Assembly (NCBI RefSeq): GCF_963921235.1
Contig: NC_086097.1
Location: 148,926,001 to 148,990,000, forward strand
Length of the DNA: 64,000 nt
DNA from: Mobula hypostoma
Lineage: Eukaryota
Reading direction: 5' to 3'
Below are positions 12,336 to 24,626 of the stretch, in pieces (position 1 is the stretch's first letter; each line of letters starts with the position of its first letter). The position numbers and the translations under genes were made by a program. Under the pieces are notes generated by a model. That model ran no database searches. It saw nothing but the letters and a program-made list of their open reading frames with translations, and was not told where the DNA came from.

Positions 12336-13736
12336 TTAATTTGTATTCCTGCTTATATGTAAGCCTGATTTCTGTTGGTCACTATAGCATAACCCAATTT
12401 GGCAGTTTGTGCTTGCTGCTTCTCAATCTTGTTTTTTTCATTAATTCATACACAATGCAGCATTCTGGATAACTTTACATTTCCCTCCATTTTCTTCTCT
12501 TTCTGATTTAGGAGGTTATGGATCCAGAGAATCATGCAAACAATCCAAAGCAAGCCTCAAATATAGTTCTGAGAGAGTACGCTTTTGACAGAGGTGCTGC
12601 CTTTCAGTTAATACTAAGAAACTTTACACCTTACTGTATTTTTAACCAAGACTAATTTGCAAGACTAAGGCTGGTTTTCATGGCATTTACTGTATACCCT
12701 CTGTATATGTACCTATGACAGCAATAAGCTTAAACTCAGATTACATTTGCATTTTCAGATGAAGATCCTATTGGTAAGGGAGGTATTCCTGAACTTTAAG
12801 ATGCAAGCTTTAAAAGATGATGATGTTGCCATTACTGTTCCAGTATGTAGGTTCTTCTTGTATGCATGTTAGTTGCCACTTTTTTCCCCATACATTTTTA
12901 GCCATGCTTCACAAAGTGTTTTATTTACTGTAAAGTGCATTGGAACATCTTGATATTTGCTGTGGAAATTCACAATTTTATTTTTCCTGCTTTGGTCTCG
13001 GTGTTTTTTGAATTTTATTTTCCATATGTGCACTTGCTGCTGACCTCCTTCCTCTAACAAATTAGTTTAAGTCATCATCAGAACATTTCTTCATGTAGGA
13101 ACATAGGATTCATTTGATTAGGCTTGAACCAACTAGGCTTATGCGGATTCTTCCTGCTCAAGACCATGACGCAGTGTCCAGAAATACAAAGCCCTTCGAC
13201 ATACATCACTTCTGCAGGCATCCTGCATTATTTTCCTGTGTCTGTACCTGGCATCCAGTGTTACATACTAGTAATCCATCCATCAAGGCCCATTTCTTTA
13301 ATCTGTTTCCTTGCACCTTAAACTGTATCATTATGCCCTTGACCCTTTTCCTGTATTGGTTATTGTTTCCAATGTAGACCTCCGTTTCTTTCCATTGAGC
13401 ATCGTGCACAAAATGCTGGAGGAACTCGGCAAATCAAACAGTTATGGTGATTTCTTTGGTATCTACTAAGTATTGGCTCAAAACTCCAAATGGGTCCCAA
13501 GCATTATATAAGCAAAACTCTGAAACAAGCTGTTTGGCCCTCGTAAGTCTTGCATCTGACCCTTCTTATGAAAACTGAAGACATTTTTGGCCGAGTCATT
13601 ACGGAAATTGTCACATTCTTGTGATTAGAATAATGTAATAAGAATCGATGTTCATTCAAACTGCTGTACTTGACTAGTACATAAGTTTTTTTTTAATTGG
13701 GTTTTAATTAGCACATTTTTTTCTGTGCTTTTGCAG

Positions 13737-13922
13737 TTGGCTTTGAGAGCTGGGAATGAGAAGGAAGAAGGGGAGACTGCTGATACAGTTGGTTGCTGCT
13801 CACTCCGTGTTGAACATATTAATTTGCATGATAACTGTGACGGACTGCAGTGTGTGGTAGAATTTGACTTCCTGGGAAAAGACTCGATCCGATACTACAA
13901 TAAAGTAGCAGTGGAGAAACAG
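13737..13922 (+). CDS. TOP1MT: Type IB topoisomerase exon (catalytic core, LALRAGNEK and DFLGKD)
   Basis: tgcag|TTG...CAG|gtat; 62 codons [62 protein letters not shown]. Confidence 0.92.
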
Positions 13923-16628
13923 GTATAATCTTCAACTCCATCCAGTCAGAAATGCAAAGACATGATGAAGTGCCTCTAACATCTTAGCCTGCTTTAATGT
14001 TGGTAATTCAATTATTTCAGCAATCACTGCTTAGAATGAAAGAGAACACTTTAAACATTTCTACAAATTCATTTGTGAGTGCAGCAAATTGTGCAGAGAC
14101 CAGTAGTGATCTATATTGAGCTTAATAGAAAGCAGCAATAATGTTGCTAAAATAGCCTCGATGGGAAAGAGAAACTGTTGTCATTTCCCAGTTGTTGCTG
14201 TTACTGAAAATGAGAATCTTGAATGAAATTAATGCTTCTTTACCAATGACATAATTTATTTTGACTGACATTGTGAACATCAGAAAGTCATGGACCCTAG
14301 ACTCTGCCACTCAGCAACACACAATTGCTGATTTACAGTAACCAATTAACCTGCTAGCTGCCACATCTTTAGGAACACAAACAAAGTGCTGGAAGAACTC
14401 AGCAGACCAGGCAGCATCTATGGAAAAGAGAAAACAGCTGGCATTCCGGGCCAAGACCCTTCATCTTAGTTCCTTCTAGGTGAGGTGCTTTCCTCCCACA
14501 TCCTATGTGGACACCAGGAGAACTTACAAACTCCACACAGAAAGCACTGGAGCTGAGGATCAAACTGGGCCCTAGCATATCTTCTAGATACACCAATCTG
14601 CAAATTACTTGGCTATTATGAAACACTAATTAAATTTCACATATGAATTCTCAGTATTGTTACTGAAAATCTCAATATTAGGAAGCCTTTTAGGATGTTC
14701 AAAAATATGAAGGTGCCTGGGCTAGTTGTTAGTTTAAGTATTTATGATTATCTGAGTTGTGCCTCAGTTCAAACACAAGACCTTTCTGATCTGTGCAGCT
14801 TGCTACTATACCTGCTTAAATCCTGAACCCATGCTAGGTAACATGGCTGAGATAGTGAACCTGCTGTTGGGTACAATTGAAAGCACATTCTACATTGCAG
14901 CTTTCTGTCCTAATCCTCAAATGATCAAACTATTGGCATCAAACAATCTTTTTTATATTTTCTGAATAAATTGAAAGAAATTATTGAATTTTTGAATGGA
15001 AAAATTATCCTTGTATGTTAAAACACAGATTTTGTAAGGCATAAGTTCTTACTTAGTTACTCCCTGCTTTAGCCAACTGTATCAATTTGCTCCATTGTGA
15101 ACTCAATTTGACACTTGTATAGTAGGATTCTGGAAGTTTTATCCCTAGTACTGCATCATCTCAGGACCATTAAGGCAAAACTCTAGATTATCTAGCCTTA
15201 TTACCAGAGCAAATTGTAAGTTAATTGCCTTGGACTGGAGCAAGACGTGTGATCATAGAATGTCAAAACTAAAATTGCAAAAGCTGTGAAGTAACGACAG
15301 CTGAGACCTACATTCCATCAGCTCCCAACCTGGGGTCCACGGACCCCTTACTTAATGGTATTTGTCCATGTCATTTAAAAAGGATGGGAACCCCTGGTTA
15401 AATTGTTTGGTTAAGAATCTATAAGGTTTGGTTAAGGATGAGTGCATAAACTATTATATCCAACCCCATTTCTCAGTTGTCTTGCTCACCACCTTCAATA
15501 AATGCTTCACACAAGAGCTAATTTTCAGAATAGGAGATTATAACTAACAGTGGCTAGATTCCAGAACCAAGGCAGTTGAATCTCAAAGTACAGATAATGT
15601 TTGTGTTCACATGCATTTGGAGTCCAAAACCATGCCATTGTTAGCTCACTTTCTTAAAGCATACAAGATGTATATTGCATTCAACTTCCGCAAGGCAAAG
15701 GACTTCTGCCAACCTACCCTGATTGTACATCACTGTCCTCTGTCAATAAAGCTCATGCCAAAACCCTGGAAGGCATGGACCATTGTTCATTGCATACTGA
15801 GTAAGTCACGTTTTGGTGTCTTGGATCTTCCTGGTTTGTTAATTTCATTATGCTGCTGAAATCTTCAGTCTTTAAGGTCTCTATAGTTTATTACTTCTGA
15901 GTCATTCCACTCATTGGCTTCATCAACACCTCAGTGAACTTCAAGTTACCCCAAACAAAAACAAACTTTGGCTACTTTTGTGTAGTTCAAGTGGTATAAA
16001 AGGAATATTTCATTTGAATAATATTGAATATTATTGAAACCCTAGTGATATATATTAGCCTATGGTTTGTATTTTAAGTGTTGATAAAAATTGAACCCTG
16101 TGCTTCTTTCTGGTTTGGAATTATGATGAAACATGGTCTTTGCTTATTTACTCAAGCTTCACGATGATATCGAACATTGTTTTTGTCCCAGTTAATTGTG
16201 GGTTCAAGCCCAGACTAAGAACTTAAATATATTATCCAGGCTGATACTTTAGGAGTACTGTAGGGAAGTACTTATAGAGCTTTAAATTAAGCTTCCATCT
16301 GTATCCTTGGATGCAGAGAATCATTTGAAAAAAGGCAAATAAGTTCTCTCCACAGTCTTGGTGCAATTTCATCTTCAATTAATTTTAACCAAAAACAGAT
16401 TATTTGGTCGTCTTTTTATTTGAGGGACTTTACACAATTTGGCTGCTACATTCCCTCCATTACAATAATAACTAAAAAGCAGAAGGACTTAATTTGCTGG
16501 TAAAGTGCTTTGAGATTACCTTAAATGATGATATAATATGCCAATTCTTTGTTTGGTGTTCCTATATTTGTGCATTTCTGTGCAATACACACTAATTTTG
16601 AGTAAACTATCACTTATTCTTTCCTCAG

Positions 16629-16697
16629 GTGTTCAAGAATCTAAAGTTATTCATGGACAATAAGGATCCTACAGATGACTTGTTTGACAGATTGAAT
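16629..16697 (+). CDS. TOP1MT: Type IB topoisomerase exon
   Basis: ctcag|GTG...AAT|gtatg; VFKNLKLFMDNKDPTDDLFDRLN. Confidence 0.92.
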
Positions 16698-16778
16698 GTA
16701 TGTTTCTCTTGTGGCTCTTGCTGATATAGATTTATCTAAATTCAGGTTCTTATTACTGAAAACTTGCTTTAATACATA

Positions 16779-17093
16779 CAAGGGGTGATTGATAAGTTTG
16801 TGGCCTAAGGTAGGAGGAGATGAGTTATTAACTTCAAACTTTCTGCATAATCACTCAGAGTTGACCTGCACGTGCATGTAATGAGAGCTGTATAACTCAT
16901 CTCCTTCTACCTTGGGCCATGAACTTATCGATCACCCCTGCTGTGGACACTTTCTGGAGGTCCAAGATCCGTATGCTCCATGACCACTGGACTAAGTGTG
17001 TAAATGTAGGCGGGGACTATGTTGAAAAAAAATGTGCTAGGTTTTCTAAAATTGACTACTACCTTAGGCCACAAACTTATCAATTGGCCCTAG
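16779..17093 (+). mobile_element. Non-autonomous mariner-type DNA transposon
   Basis: TIRs caaggggtgattgataagtttgtggcctaaggta / taccttaggccacaaacttatcaattggccctag, TA on both flanks, transposase C-terminal remnant LHDHWTKCVNVGGDYVEK; extra internal TIR copy at about 16890-16940. Confidence 0.85.
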
Positions 17094-17201
17094 TAGATGT
17101 ATATATCGAATTCTGCTAACTTTTGTTCACTGTAGTGAAAGCAATGTATTTCTCTGGAGCGGGGCATGCAAACAGCCATTTGTTTTATTATTTTACTATA
17201 G

Positions 17202-17316
17202 ACCTCTGACTTGAACAAGCATCTTCAAGAGTTAATGGAGGGACTCACAGCCAAAGTGTTTCGAACATACAATGCCTCCATTACACTGCAAGAGCAATTG
17301 GCAGAACTGACAAACC
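17202..17316 (+). CDS. TOP1MT: Type IB topoisomerase exon
   Basis: tatag|ACC...AAC C|gtaagt; [38 protein letters not shown]; phase 1. Confidence 0.92.
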
Positions 17317-18249
17317 GTAAGTGGCTATCCTCTCATTGAATAAAAAACAGAATGTGTTCAAAATATGCAGATACAATGACCTAACATTGAGTAAATCCTT
17401 TCATGAGAAATGGAGTCAGGCGCAAAGTGTTGAAAGCAGTCAGCAGATCAGGCAGCATCTGGATTAAGAGGAAATCACAGCTGCAATTTGATTTTATTTG
17501 TTATTTCCCATGTCTGTAGTTTAGATTTTCACAAAAACAAAACAGGTAATTGTTTAGACATCAGAAAACTTCGCTCTTATTTAGTAGCTCTGGTAGCATC
17601 TGTGGAGAGTTGGTGTTTCAGGTCAAGGCCTTTCTTTAACCTGAAGCATTTAATTTTCATTTTCCTCACGTGCTGCTTGATCTGCTGAATGTTTCCAGTA
17701 CTTTCAGATTTTATTTCAGTTTTCCAGTATCTTAGTTTCTTTGACTTTTACCATATTTTTAGGCTTTTTTAAAGAAGAAATTCCTTGTTAAGTAAAATAA
17801 TGTTTGTTTTAGAAATTAGCTAGCAATTAAAAACCACTCAAGATATTAGCACCTATTTTTTTTCTTTCTTTGATCAAATTTATGTTACACTTTTGATATT
17901 CAATATAAATTATTCCCGATATAAAGATCCCAAGTAATTATTACAAATGTTTCTATTCTCTTTGCTCACGTTTGCTTTATGGCAGTGGGTGCTTGTCTGT
18001 AACTATTTTGTATAGAATATGACAAGGGATACTTGGGATTCTGAACAGTTTCTTGGTGTCCAAAATGATCAAAATTTAATCTAATTAGATTGGAAACCTG
18101 ATTCTAAAAAGAAACAGATGCAATTCTGATGTGTGCATAGCATTGAAATAGGTTCTTCAGCATCCACAGAAGAAATGCAAGCTCCCTTAAATACTTACAG
18201 TAATGGTATTGAAATGCAAGTACTCTGAGCAGGAACACTCACTCGACCC

Positions 18250-18700
18250 AATTCAAAAGTTCAAAGTACATTCATTATCAAATTGTATAACTTGAGAATT
18301 GTCGTCTTGCAGGCAGCCACAAAACAAAGGAACACAATAGAATCCACGTAAAACCCCACACAACAAAGACCATCAAACACCCAATGTGTGGAAAAAATTG
18401 AACAAATGCAAACTATAAAAAAAAAACAAATAACAGCGAACATGAACAGTGTCCCTGAAAGTGAGTCCACAGCCATGGAGCCAGTTGTGTGCTGATGGCT
18501 GCCAGCAGAGTCCGTTCACCGCTGAAGCAAATAAAGGCTCAGAGTAGAGCTGAACACCAGTTTGTCCTTGTTCTTTGGCCTCAACACCTTGATCTTTTTA
18601 ATCTGGCTTGGTGCTTAAATCGGCTAAACATCGGTTTGTTTTCTGCTCTTGGGCCCAGGCTCCACCACTTCAATCTGGTCAAGTCCACTCCAGCAAAGGC
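18250..18700 (-). mobile_element. Non-autonomous LINE-derived (SINE-like) fragment
   Basis: ttcaaaagttcaaagtacattcattatcaaa tail resembles the Rex1-type tail at about 31058. Confidence 0.5.
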
Positions 18701-19432
18701 TGCCACAGCCATACCTGCACTCTCAAGTATCCAGTTTGCCAACTTCATGATACTACCAAAACAGCTGGTTATACCAGCATTTCAAAAGCTCACCACCCAA
18801 AGACTGTGGATTGCAGTGGTTGTAGTTCAGAAAAAGTATGTTTAATAGAATAATTAGTAGTTTTGTTTGCTGCCCACTAAGTGTTGCCATGTTTTGCCAG
18901 CACCATTTTGGGATTTATCCCCAAGCAATTGTCTTGCTTGGCATCATATCACTTCCAAGAAGGCTCCTGAGCAAACTTGAGTACAGAAGCAAGTTAGCAC
19001 ATTAAAAAATTAAGTCGTGCAGGTACAGAAAAACTTTGAAGTGGGTCTTCCAGAACAACGTAGCTGTGAGGGTCAATCCTAAAATCAGGTTATTTGGGAT
19101 TTCTATCAGGAAGCCCATAATTGCATAAAGTGAATGGATATCTGGAACAGTCTCCTGATTGATAATGAATGCTGGACAATCAAAGCTTCCAGGTCAAAAA
19201 TCACATTATTGTTGAATTCAAGAAGTCAGGAATAAAGAATCTAATGGGGTTTGACATAAATTAGCCAATAAGAGGTTTATGTGAATGACCGTTCCTATGA
19301 TTTGTCATTTGTGACTGAAAGTTGGTGTTGAAGGGTTTTCTGTATCCTTGTGCACCTGAAATAGTTTGTAGATTTTACTGTAATACAATTATTTTTTTCA
19401 ATGACCTGGTTTGTTTACATTTTTCTTTATAG

Positions 19433-19560
19433 CCGAAGACAGTGTTGCAGAAAAAATATTGTCCTATAATAGAGCTAACAGAGCAGTGGCCGTTCTCTGC
19501 AACCACCAGAGGGCACCCCCGAAAACCTTCGAGAAAACTATGAAAAATATGCAGGCCAAG
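19433..19560 (+). CDS. TOP1MT: Type IB topoisomerase exon (CNH catalytic His)
   Basis: tatag|CC GAA...AAG|gtac; [42 protein letters not shown]; phase matches previous exon. Confidence 0.92.
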
Positions 19561-21299
19561 GTACAATGTCCTGAGAACCAAAACAGAAAATAAAACTGAA
19601 ATAAGCATTTACAGAGCTCAGGTTGTAGATTGGTCTAGCAATTAGTCAGTGTAGTGCTTTTTAAGAAGAATGCAACCAAGCATTTTATACAAGTGAACCC
19701 ATTCCTTTTTAATGGGCAACTTGTCTATTTTGGAAGTATTTCAAATTGGGCTGCAGAACTATAGACTCCATGTGGTTTGCCAGCTTTTTCTGGATAACTT
19801 GTTCAAAAATGCCATTATAGTAAGCTGGCAGTTTTCCACAGAGTTTCACTACATTTCCCAGCATTCTTTTTGTTTTTAAGTTCTATTCAGACTTTACTAC
19901 AAGGAAAGATTTCTAATCAACAATTTGGATGTTTTTAATTTGCTAACATAAATTTAACTAGGGTCACATTTTAAATCAGTCATCAGTGTTTTCAGTTACC
20001 ATTAGTAAAAGCCCTCTCATCCTGTTTGTTATTTGCATTTATTTTCCATCATTTTAGAAGTGGAGGCTGATCTTCTGTTAATTAAAGTGAATTATTTAAA
20101 ATTTATTCAGTTAAAATTATTTTCCTTCATCACACCCCATTGTATCTTGGAAGTACATTACCATTCCTATTATCCTGGGATTAAAATCCAGCTGCTCCCT
20201 ATCCCAAAAGTGTAATGAGAATGTCTTTACCAGATGGATTCTGGTAGTCAGGGTACCTTTCTGAGGGATGAGCATTAATTGCCAGCTTTTCTTACAATAT
20301 TCACGTCCTGAGACTGAATGAAGTTAGCCTCCATCAGTTCTATGGTGATCACCAATCCTATACGTGTAACAAAAAAAATCATACAATGCCAAAAACAATA
20401 CGATTCCATCAAGGCTTTTCAAAAAAAAATTGATTTGTCTTGTTCATTATTTCCCCAAGTTTTCAGTTTCCCTGCATATCTTGTCCCACTGAAAAGTATT
20501 ATATTGCCATCTATCCATTTTTAAGGATTAGCATTTGCAGTCATTGCAATTAGAGAAGAAAAAAAATTAAAAATTATTTTATGCCTTATCTTTGTTACAG
20601 GCATAACTTAACTTCAGAAATGTATGTTAACTTCAAATTATGAAAGGAAGTTAAACATGAGCTCAACTAATACCAAAGATGGGTTAAATTAAAAGGTTAA
20701 GTTTTACCTATTAAATATTTTCAGGTGCATTGCACAGTATATAGTGCTTAATGAGATCTGAAGGATGTGCTGTTTATCTGGATAAAATTTGCCTTTGTGA
20801 TGTGAAGCTGCAGTAGAAACCTTTCCAGCTTCAACCATAATTGCTGGCACAGTTCATCTCCATGTCAGGCAATTCAGTCAGTCAGATGATAACTTCTATT
20901 GCTACTCAAAGAACCCTTCATTTTTAAACTTTAACTGAGGTCAGTGAAGTGGGTGGTTAGTAACTTAAGGGCCTGCTATAGAACCGTAGAAATTTATGAC
21001 ACAAGGATTTCATTTGACACATCGTGTCCATGTTAACAAAAATGGGAGCTTCCCTCTTCGTTCCATACTCCTATTGATTACTTTTTCATGGTCTTTTTTT
21101 TTTGCCTTCACATACTTCGATGAAAATATTATCTTCATCACCCATCTAATCCTTATTGATTACTTTTTTAACATTGGATGCCACAGTTTATCTCATTAAT
21201 AAGAGTGACAATTTTGTGGTTTATCCCTTGATTGGGAATCAGTGAATTTCGTAGGAACAAATCAGCTGTGACTTAGACTTCACATTTTTCTGTTGGCAG

Positions 21300-21394
21300 A
21301 TTGAAGCAAAAATGGAGCAACTTGATGCAGCTAAGAAAGATCTGAAAAATGCTAAGGTGGATTGCAAAGTGAAAAAAGATGAAAAATCTAAACA
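21300..21394 (+). CDS. TOP1MT: Type IB topoisomerase exon (linker domain)
   Basis: ggcag|ATT...AAA CA|gtaagt; IEAKMEQLDAAKKDLKNAKVDCKVKKDEKSK. Confidence 0.88.
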
Positions 21395-22160
21395 GTAAGT
21401 CTGAAAAATCATTAAACAATCTTTTACTAAAATTAATTATTCAACAGGAAGCAATGAAATGTGTATAAATCTTTTTTTTTCTGTTGAGCTGATAGGAAAT
21501 GACTTCTACAGCATTAGTGCACTCTTGTTTCAAAGTATTTTCCTCCCAGTTTATTCTATTGATAACATGATGCTCATATCAAACTGACTCCTGCATTGAT
21601 AGGCCAGGAACAGGCAGAGGCCAATCAGCTCTCAACTGAATTGCCACTCAATTGGTTCATGGCTATTCTGAATCTATCTACTATGGTTGTATAACCTTTA
21701 ATATTCTTCCCTGACCAGCATTAATTTTAGCCATGCCAGCTATTTGAAGAAGGATATCCAGGTTTCTGCTACCCTCCTTCTGTAGCAGTATTTCTTGGTA
21801 TTACCGTGAAACAGCTAGTTCTAACTTTACCCTTATCCTTCATTTCCCATCATATCATTTTGGCTTGTAGACCATTATCATCTTGTGAAAAATCTACAGT
21901 GAACCTGACAGAATTATTATTGCATTCTTTAGCCAATTGCTCTGATAATATTCAGGCATTGACATGTTAAAAATACATTATTTGATATGGAACTAAGAAG
22001 CACCCAGAATATGGAGGAAGAGGTTGAGAGGGAAGGAGTGAAAAGACATAAGACTAAAAGTTCAGTTGTCTTGATTGGTTGGGTAGAGGAAGGGTGAGAA
22101 TGGAAAATAACTTCTTGAAATGCTTTTCTAAATGAATTGACTTGAAGCTTCTCTGTGCAG

Positions 22161-22310
22161 GGTGGTTGAAAAGAAGAAGAAACTTGTCCAAAAGTTAGAA
22201 GAACAATTGAAAAAATTGGAGGTTCAAGCAACAGACAGAGAGGAGAACAAGCAGATTGCATTGGGCACATCTAAACTGAACTATCTTGATCCTAGAATCA
22301 CAGTGGCTTG
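22161..22310 (+). CDS. TOP1MT: Type IB topoisomerase exon with catalytic tyrosine (SKLNY, Tyr codon 22282-22284)
   Basis: tgcag|G GTG...GCT TG|gtgag; [50 protein letters not shown]. Confidence 0.93.
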
Positions 22311-22798
22311 GTGAGCAAGAATAATATTGAATATATATATTTTTTAATGCTGAAATGCAAAACTGCTTCAGCCATTGCACTGGGAAATGAGAAAGAATGG
22401 AATTTGATCTACTGAATAATCCATTCTATGAAAAAAAAGTATTAAAGCATGGGAGTTGCATATCAAGTGACTTTACTGCAGAAGCAGTTTTTGAATATCA
22501 GTGTTGCTTCTTTCGCACCCAACAATTTCAGATATTGAAAGACTAACTGGATGGTGCAAATAGTTCTTCCCTTCAAGACTTCAATTTTTCTTTTTCCAGA
22601 TACTGTTCAATTTATAGCAGTTACAAATTTCAGATTAGCATTTATTTTCCTCTCTCTAATGCTTTCTAAAAACTGATTCGTCTTTTCTGATTTGGTCAAC
22701 ATAATCTTTAGTATCCTGCTGATTTATGAAATTGCAGTAGAGTAGTTCCCAGCATAAGTGTACAGTTTGGTTACTAATCCATTTTCTGTTTTTTGAAG

Positions 22799-22901
22799 GT
22801 GCAAGAAATGGAACATTCCCATCGAGAAGATCTACAATAAGACACAGAGAGAGAAATTTGCCTGGGCTATTGATATGACCGAGGAGGATTTTGAATTCTA
22901 A
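22799..22901 (+). CDS. TOP1MT: Type IB topoisomerase terminal coding exon
   Basis: gaag|G TGC...[39 protein letters not shown]. Confidence 0.93.
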
Positions 22902-23298
22902 AGCCATGCTCATCTCAAAGCAACTTACTCAGTACCTCAGGGAGTTAAAACAAATGTTACATTATAAAGATTTGTACTTGAACACTTCAGTGAATGTTTC
23001 TGTTAAATTTGTATTTGTTAAATTTATATATAATACAGTTTTTTGGTAAATTTGCATTGTGCATATTTGGTAGGAAATGTGGAAAAAAGTAAGATTAAAG
23101 GTAATGAGTATATAAGCCTAATGGAAATTACATTTGTCTTTGTGGAGCACATTCTTCAGTATACACAGAGAATGATTTGCTTCTGAACAAAATAAGTTCA
23201 TTCTCAACATCTTAATATCTCAGTCATATTCAAAATTCTTGAGCTGTTACAAGTAGAATATGCAACCAGTGCAATTGCAGGGGAATATCATATACAAC

Positions 23299-24087
23299 TG
23301 TAACCCTCTCACCGGGGTTTGTACACCAACATGGCTCGTTGACTAATTCTGCTAACAACTACGTGACTTAGCGGTGAGAAAGCTGTCTTTCATAAGCTAT
23401 ATATATCTAGGGTTGGTATGATTTGGGGTTCAGCCAATCAGGAACCTTATTTTGAGTGAATGCTGTGTAAATACTGCCCATATACAGTGATTGGTGGCCC
23501 AGAAATGACAGATCATACGCCAGCATAAAATTATAGAAGTATATTTACCAACTTTACAGTTACAGAAAAAAGAAAATAAAACTGAAAGAGCCCATTACAG
23601 TGAAACCAGTCCAATGTGCACATAAAACTTCGTATTTCTGGAGTAGCGGGGGTGTATCACTTTACTCACGAGCTGGACCCACAGTCTGCGTGAAAGCACC
23701 AATACAAATTTCCCTTGAACAAACTGGCTCTCTTGGGAGTATTTGCCCTTCCTCCTTGGAGCCATTCATCTGTACAAAGCACTTCTTGCAACAGAGATTC
23801 TAATTCCAATGGCATTCTGTGGCATATTCCCTTGTGTCCTGCACTTCAGCTCCCACCAAAACGACTCTAAAACCAGACTACTGTCCTTCAGAAGTCTCTC
23901 CCCACCCAGCTCTCTAGAAACTGCTGTACATCCCATGAACCTGATTGGCTGACACAACATCCCAAAGTTGGAAAACATAGCTCCTTCTCTTTAGCCCAAT
24001 CCAAAACACTTACCAGCAGGACACTTTGCAGAAAACTGCTAAAATACCTCACATCATAGCAGGAGAAATCTTAGCCAGGGCATTACA
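23299..24087. mobile_element. Candidate solo LTR
   Basis: Begins TGTAA, ends TTACA (inverted termini), flanks caac / caat form a near 4-bp TSD, no coding remnant. Confidence 0.55.
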
Positions 24088-24140
24088 CAATAATCAACTG
24101 TAGCTCAAATAATGACATAGATCAAAACAAAATTAAAGTA

Positions 24141-24294
24141 CAGGTAGACCTTCACTAATGTGGCACCATTGGGACCTGAGGAGTGCCGGATTAGTGAAAA
24201 TGCCAAATTACAGAAGAATCACATTAAGCATAATCGGTGCCGGATTATTGAAGGAACTGGATTATAGGTAGTTGGATTAGTGAAGGTGGACTTG
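24141..24294. mobile_element. Tigger/pogo-like MITE
   Basis: TIRs caggtagaccttcactaat / attagtgaaggtggacttg with TA on both flanks. Confidence 0.75.
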
Positions 24295-24626
24295 TATTAT
24301 AAAACAAGGTGATTGAAGCATAAAGCATGTCAGATTGGTGCTAAAGTGGATTTATATTCAAGTAAAGCTGCAGTCTTAGAGGATATTGGTTCTACCCCCA
24401 ACCCCCCTGTACAGGGAGCATGCCTTTGCGTAGTGTCATGAAGCCCAGCCAGTTTTGTCTGCCACAGCCAAGCTGATTAGTCGTCATCCATGTGCATCTT
24501 CTATGCTGATGTTAAAAGTGGTTGCTAGACATTTAAATGCTGTTAGTAACTGTTTCCAGCACTCTCTCATGCAGAGTATTTTGGGTATTCTCCACAATCT
24601 GGATGGATAAAGGTCCCATTTAACAG

